Shown in pieces: positions 8,588 to 13,086 of a DNA stretch of 13,086 nucleotides (position 1 is the first letter of the stretch; each line of letters starts with the position of its first letter). The stretch is from Candidatus Xenobia bacterium (GTDB lineage Bacteria > Vulcanimicrobiota > Xenobia > Xenobiales > QWHO01): positions 1 to 13,086 of the forward strand of contig BTUM01000134.1 in assembly GCA_045863235.1 (NCBI GenBank), written 5' to 3'. The notes under the pieces are model-generated. The model had not been told where the DNA came from and searched no databases. It worked only from the letters and a program-made list of their open reading frames with translations. Position numbers and translations under genes: made by a program.

Positions 8588-10957
8588 TCATTTCACCCAC
8601 CACCACGAGATCGGGTTGAGGATGAAGAGCAACTTTCTTCCAAAGGAAGCGTTCCGCTCGGCCTGACGAGTGGTCTCCTGCATCAGCTGCAGGTAGCGCT
8701 GGCGGTTCGAGGGGCGGGCGCCCGGCCCTAAAGCGTGCTCGAGGTGGCGCTCGGTCAGTTCGGCAAAGGAGGGGCAGAGGCTGGAGAGCCGGCGGGCGAA
8801 CTCGCCCCGGGTCTCGCCCTTGGTCCGCAAGAGCCCCCTGTCGGCCAGCTTGTCCAGGGTGGCTCGATAGACCACCACCGGCAGTCGCGCGTCGGGCGCG
8901 AAGTAGGGCCGGGTGCGGCGATAGATCTTGATGCCGTAGAGCACCGCCAGCGCCGTGAGAGCAAACCAGGGCAAGATGCTCAGTGCGGCCATGAAGAGCT
9001 TGCGCAGGATCTCCTGCAAGTCCTGGCGAGGCTTGTCGTCCGGCGGCGGGTCCTCAGGATCCTTGCGGGCCAGCTCGCCCATCATCTGCTGCAGGCTCTG
9101 ATCCACCTGCTCTTGAGGTTTCTCCAGGGTGCGCTCGGGGGAGATGTCCATGTCCGTCCAGCCCAGCCCGTCGAGGTAGACCTCGGCCCACTCGTGGGCG
9201 TTCTTGGAGCGGATCAAGAGCGAAGAGCCGCCCCCTCGCTGGGCCGCCTCCACGGCGTAGCCGTGACAGACGCGTGCGGGAATACCGAGCGTGCGGTAGA
9301 GGTAGGCGGCCGAGTGACCCAGGAAGACGCAATAGCCGGTGCGGTCGCCGAACAAGAATGACTCCACCGGCGTGTCGCTGGCGTTGTGCTTGGTGGTGAG
9401 GCTATAGATGCAGTTTTTCTCCATCCACAGCTTGATGGCGATCACCCGGGCCATGGGGATGTCGCGATACTCCTCCGGCAGAGTCTGCAAGATCTCCTCG
9501 GCCAGCTTTGCGTAGCGCGGGTCCGTGGGGGCGGCCAGGTAGTGGTCCCAGGTCTCCTGATCCCAGTTGGGGTTGCCCGGCTGATACTGCAGGATCTCCT
9601 TGTAAGGCTTGGTGACCACCATCGAGGTCACCGAGTAGGCCCGCTGGAACTTGCTGGGGTCGGGGTTGGAGCGGGGGGCGAACGAGACCGGATTGTTCAG
9701 TCCGAAGGGACGACTGTGCTCTTCGATGAGGGCCACCGTGGTCTCGAGCTGCTTGAAGGCGGTGGGATCCAGGCTCCCCACCCGGGGCTTGTCGGTCTCG
9801 GTGAAGAAGCGGAAGTCGCGCAGCTCGGGCACGTCCACCGGGGTGGCCCGGGTGGGGAAGTTGTTGAGCGCGTCGCGGTCGAACTTGCCGCTGGCGTCGC
9901 GCACGAGCTTGGTGCCATTGTAAACCGAGAAAGCGTCCTGGCGGAAGTAGTAGACTCCGCTGGGGGGCTCGTAGTCGTCGCGGAAGATCACCACGGCCAC
10001 CGGGGAGTCTTTCTCTTGCTCCTGGCGGTCGGAGAACTTGAGCTCGTCGGTCTGCTGGCCCTGGCCCTGCTGGGCTTGCCCGCCCTGGCCGCCGCCCTGC
10101 TGACCCTGGCCTCCCTGGGTGCCGCCCTGGCCGCCACCCTGCTGACCCTGACCGCCCCCCTGTGAGCCGCCCTGCTGGCCCTGGCCGCCGCCCTGCGAGC
10201 CGCCCTGGTCGCCCTGCCCTCCCCCCTGTGAGCCCCCGGTGGTATCGCCGGGAAGCTTCAGGTCGCCCGTGCCTCCGTGCAGCTGCTTGCCCTGGAAGTC
10301 CTTCAGTTTCGCCACCGGCATGAAAAGGAAGCACCCGAAGATCAGGATCATCAGCAAGAAGAGATCCAGGAACGAGCGGCGCTGAGCATTCAGGCTGGCC
10401 ATCAGGCCGATCAGCACCACTCCGATCAGGGCGCCCAGGCCCAGGAAAACCGGGGTGGGATCCCAGCCCGCCCCGAAGAGAGGATCCACCAGGAAGAAGG
10501 GCCGGTTGATGAATCCGTCGCGGTGACCGGCGAAGATGCTGGACAGCACCAGCCCCACCGCTCCCACCTCCAGCACCACGAAGGCGCTCTGGCGCTGGGT
10601 GGAGGCGCGCAGCACGGCCACCAGGGTCCAGGGAACCAGGAGCCAGCCGCAGGCCTCGCTCAGGCTGAAGAGCAGCGAAGGGCCCAGCACGGCCGAGAAC
10701 AGCGTGGTGTTGCGGGCAAAAGAGATGAGCGCGGAGACCAGGGCGATCAGCGCGGCTCCGCCCAGCCACAGCCCTGCCAGGCGCACCCGGCTGTTGGCCA
10801 GGCGGTATCCGCTGGCCGCTCCGGCCAGACCACCGGTGATAGCGGCCAGGATCGAGAGCGCCATGGGCGAGCGCTGGCTGCACAGCACGCCCAGCGAGGC
10901 GCTCCAAATCAGGGCGCCGCTGAAGACCCAGAGGACGTGCTTGAGCTTGCTAAGCAC
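8588..10957 (-). CDS. membrane-anchored transglutaminase-like (TgpA-type) protein, 789 aa
   Basis: About seven N-terminal hydrophobic segments and one near the C-terminus. Cys-His-Asp triad motifs are intact: GYCVF...LGIPARVCHGY, NAHEWAEVYLDGLGW and DMDISP. The C-terminal RTKGETRGEFARRL resembles DUF4129. GTG start overlaps the DUF58 gene by 8 nt. Confidence 0.92.
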   Translation of the reverse strand: MLSKLKHVLWVFSGALIWSASLGVLCSQRSPMALSILAAITGGLAGAASGYRLANSRVRLAGLWLGGAALIALVSALISFARNTTLFSAVLGPSLLFSLSEACGWLLVPWTLVAVLRASTQRQSAFVVLEVGAVGLVLSSIFAGHRDGFINRPFFLVDPLFGAGWDPTPVFLGLGALIGVVLIGLMASLNAQRRSFLDLFLLMILIFGCFLFMPVAKLKDFQGKQLHGGTGDLKLPGDTTGGSQGGGQGDQGGSQGGGQGQQGGSQGGGQGQQGGGQGGTQGGQGQQGGGQGGQAQQGQGQQTDELKFSDRQEQEKDSPVAVVIFRDDYEPPSGVYYFRQDAFSVYNGTKLVRDASGKFDRDALNNFPTRATPVDVPELRDFRFFTETDKPRVGSLDPTAFKQLETTVALIEEHSRPFGLNNPVSFAPRSNPDPSKFQRAYSVTSMVVTKPYKEILQYQPGNPNWDQETWDHYLAAPTDPRYAKLAEEILQTLPEEYRDIPMARVIAIKLWMEKNCIYSLTTKHNASDTPVESFLFGDRTGYCVFLGHSAAYLYRTLGIPARVCHGYAVEAAQRGGGSSLLIRSKNAHEWAEVYLDGLGWTDMDISPERTLEKPQEQVDQSLQQMMGELARKDPEDPPPDDKPRQDLQEILRKLFMAALSILPWFALTALAVLYGIKIYRRTRPYFAPDARLPVVVYRATLDKLADRGLLRTKGETRGEFARRLSSLCPSFAELTERHLEHALGPGARPSNRQRYLQLMQETTRQAERNASFGRKLLFILNPISWWWVK
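10052..10237 (-). repeat. coding tandem repeat, 62-aa Gly/Gln linker (three 11-aa GGSQGGGQG[D/Q]Q units plus two variants)
   Basis: Translation: GGSQGGGQGDQ GGSQGGGQGQQ GGSQGGGQGQQ GGGQGGTQGGQGQQ GGGQGGQAQQGQGQQ (33 Gly, 23 Gln). Confidence 0.95.
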
Positions 10958-12287
10958 TGGCCTTCGCTTTCAGACGGGCCCGGGCCGTCACGATGGCGTT
11001 CAGGTCGCTGTAAACGTTGCCGCTGGAGCGATCCACCAGCAGCACCTCCTCTCGCCCCGAGCCCCAGCGACGGGCGATGGACTCGAGCGAGGGAGGGGCC
11101 TCAGCATTCTCGGGAGCGAGCAGCCAGCGCTTCCAGGCCGGAGCTTCCGGCTGGTCGAGGGGAATGTGGTCCAGCCCGATGCACAGGATCACCCGCATGG
11201 GTGTGTTGCGGGCAGCCTGCAGGATCCGCTCGGCCTGCTCTCCCCCTCCCGGGGGGACCACGATGAAACACGAGCCAAAGCCGGCCGTGGCCGCCTCTTG
11301 CAGGTAGCGCTCCAGGTGGCTCTGGCCTTGCGACTCGGGATTGCCAGAGCGGGCCAGGATTTCCAGCGCTCCCTGCGGGTTGGCCGTGTGGGTGGCGCTG
11401 CCATCGGCTCCGAAGCGCCAGCCGTCGCCGAGCAGGCCGCGCTCGAGGATGACCCGAGCCAGGCCGGCACCGGCCTCGTCGGCCGGGCCGCTGGCCATGT
11501 AGGCGCAGGCTCGCGGGCGGGCCGTCAGCGCCCGCTCGCTGACCCGCACCATCAGCTTGCGGGTGCGGGCGAAAACTTTCCACAGAATGGTGCGCGGCGA
11601 ATCGCCCCGGGCGTACTGGCGCATGTCCACCCGGTCGCCGGTGGGATCGCCGCGCGGGTCGGACAGATCCTCGCCCGAAACGAACCGGGCCAGGAGCGAG
11701 AGCCCGTCGATGTGCCCGGCCCCCGGCATGATCTGCACCTCGACCGGTGTGGTGAAGCCCCAGGACAGGCTGGAGAGATGCAGCACGTCCCGCACCGTGA
11801 TGCGCCGGCGCAGGTGGGTGTAGATGCCCCGCTTCTGGGGGCGCACCAGCTCGAGCGCCCGGCTGCCCACTCGCTCGAGCTTGACCTCCAGCGCGATCTG
11901 GTGCCCTGGCTCGCTCTCCCAGGCCCACAGCACTTCGATGCAGGGAAAAAACCATGGGAAGCTCAGCTCAAAACCGGTCGGCTGCCAGGTTCCGGCGTTC
12001 AGGCAGAGTCGCACCGGGGGCGTCTCCATGCGGCGGATGCGAAGGTGCAGCAGTAGAGCGGCTACCAGCACCAGTGTCAGCATGGCGATCAGGATGACCG
12101 CCCCCACCAGCCCGGCCATCAAGAGCAGCAGGTCCAGCTTGTCCACGCCCTGATACTTGATGGCGTGGGCCGCCAGCCCCGCCAGCAACAACCCGGTCAG
12201 CGTCAGAGGGAAAAATCCTCGCGCAATTGCGGCCGAGCGGCGCAGGCGTTCACGGAAAGCTGGTCGGGGAGGCTCGTCCAAGGTCAC
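10950..12287 (-). CDS. DUF58 domain membrane protein (MoxR-associated), 445 aa
   Basis: DUF58 signature DMRQYARGDSPRTILWKVFARTRKLMVR, upstream PQKRGIY...VRDVLHL segment, two N-terminal hydrophobic helices, and position next to MoxR and transglutaminase-like genes. Confidence 0.9.
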   Translation of the reverse strand: MTLDEPPRPAFRERLRRSAAIARGFFPLTLTGLLLAGLAAHAIKYQGVDKLDLLLLMAGLVGAVILIAMLTLVLVAALLLHLRIRRMETPPVRLCLNAGTWQPTGFELSFPWFFPCIEVLWAWESEPGHQIALEVKLERVGSRALELVRPQKRGIYTHLRRRITVRDVLHLSSLSWGFTTPVEVQIMPGAGHIDGLSLLARFVSGEDLSDPRGDPTGDRVDMRQYARGDSPRTILWKVFARTRKLMVRVSERALTARPRACAYMASGPADEAGAGLARVILERGLLGDGWRFGADGSATHTANPQGALEILARSGNPESQGQSHLERYLQEAATAGFGSCFIVVPPGGGEQAERILQAARNTPMRVILCIGLDHIPLDQPEAPAWKRWLLAPENAEAPPSLESIARRWGSGREEVLLVDRSSGNVYSDLNAIVTARARLKAKASA

Positions 12288-12388
12288 GGTTGAGCGCAGA
12301 TTTCTTGCTTGGTGCGCATGTCCCTTCGGTTTTCAGGTTTTTTTAAGGGCGATCGGGGAGTTTGGGAGGGACTACGGGGAGCAAGAGC
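12288..12388. promoter_or_regulatory. divergent promoter region (101 bp)
   Basis: Lies between the divergent starts at 12287 (-) and 12389 (+). It contains an AT-rich tract TTTTCAGGTTTTTTTAA (12330-12346) and SD-like GGGGAG 7 nt before the ATG at 12389. I could not identify -10/-35 boxes. Confidence 0.55.
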
Positions 12389-13086
12389 ATGAATACCATT
12401 CAACGACCCCTGACCCTGCCGGTTTCCAGCGCGCGCGTGGACTTCTCGGACGGATTCAACGATCCGCTGGAGGTGGCCTTGCACCCCAACGTGGACCTGG
12501 TGCTGATGGAGGCCGCCGGCCCCAACATCAAGCCTGGCACCAAGGCCTTCTACCACATGGAGATCCGCCACAAGGAGCAGCCCGACTTCCACCAGGTCTT
12601 CGAGGGCCAGGGGCAGATGAACATGGACGGCTTCTCCATGGCCTGCGAGACGAAGTTCGGCACCCACGGCGCTCCCGAGATCACGGTTCTGGAGCAGACG
12701 TTCTACAATCCCTATGTGGGCAGCCAGACCGTGGGACAAGTCATCCCGTCTGAGCACCCTAATCCCCAGGAGCAGCTGCAGGTTGGCATCGGCTGGAACG
12801 CCGACACCCAGGTGCAGGGCCAGATCGAAGGCATGCAGGTGGCTGAGTCCAGCCGGATGGTCTTTGACAGCTGGATGCCCAAATGGCAGCACCAGGGCAA
12901 CGTGGCCGGCACCCCCTTTCAGCGCCAGGTGGAGATGACGATGGACGGTGTGAGCCACATCCGGGGTCGCTTCGGCGACCTGGAGGAGAGTGGCACCATC
13001 TCCCCGGGCATCGGAGCCCTGCGCGTCCAGCGCGAGATCGGGCCTTACCAGATCTATGGCCTGCTCTGGTTCGAGCACGCCCCCCC
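12389..13086 (+). CDS. hypothetical beta-rich protein (3' truncated by window edge, at least 232 aa)
   Basis: ATG at 12389 with an SD, open to the window end with strong GC3 bias: MNTIQRPLTLPVSSARVDFSDGFNDPLEVALHPNVDLVLMEAAGPNIKPGTKAFYHMEIRH...IGPYQIYGLLWFEHAP. Absent from the ORF track because it has no stop in the window. ORF 12284..13078 (-) is its antisense shadow. Confidence 0.85.
   Translation, partial: MNTIQRPLTLPVSSARVDFSDGFNDPLEVALHPNVDLVLMEAAGPNIKPGTKAFYHMEIRHKEQPDFHQVFEGQGQMNMDGFSMACETKFGTHGAPEITVLEQTFYNPYVGSQTVGQVIPSEHPNPQEQLQVGIGWNADTQVQGQIEGMQVAESSRMVFDSWMPKWQHQGNVAGTPFQRQVEMTMDGVSHIRGRFGDLEESGTISPGIGALRVQREIGPYQIYGLLWFEHAP

Noticed and set aside
12290..12350. Sigma-54 or sigma-28 promoter in the divergent intergenic region
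   Set aside because: TTGCT lacks the GG at the required -24 spacing, and the GCGAT box does not match GCCGATAA with a correctly spaced -35 element.

Overview
GC-rich bacterial window. The core is a tightly coupled six-gene minus-strand operon (12287->3905): DUF58 membrane protein, membrane-anchored transglutaminase-like protein with a Gly/Gln repeat linker, MoxR AAA+ ATPase, exported TPR-like protein, HAD-IA hydrolase and Acg-like nitroreductase-fold protein. Five of the six probably start at non-ATG codons, including a likely CTG. To its left are truA (+) and a divergent luciferase-like monooxygenase (-). Further left is a broken hypothetical gene (1703->537; in-frame TAG, probable compensating frameshifts) bracketed by a 17-bp hairpin and a partial direct copy of it. 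Two real genes missing from the ORF track run off the window: a Gly/Pro/Arg-rich C-terminus (1..195, +) and a beta-rich hypothetical protein (12389..end, +). I saw no RNA gene, CRISPR array or transposase. All family calls come from motifs recognised by eye; no searches were run.
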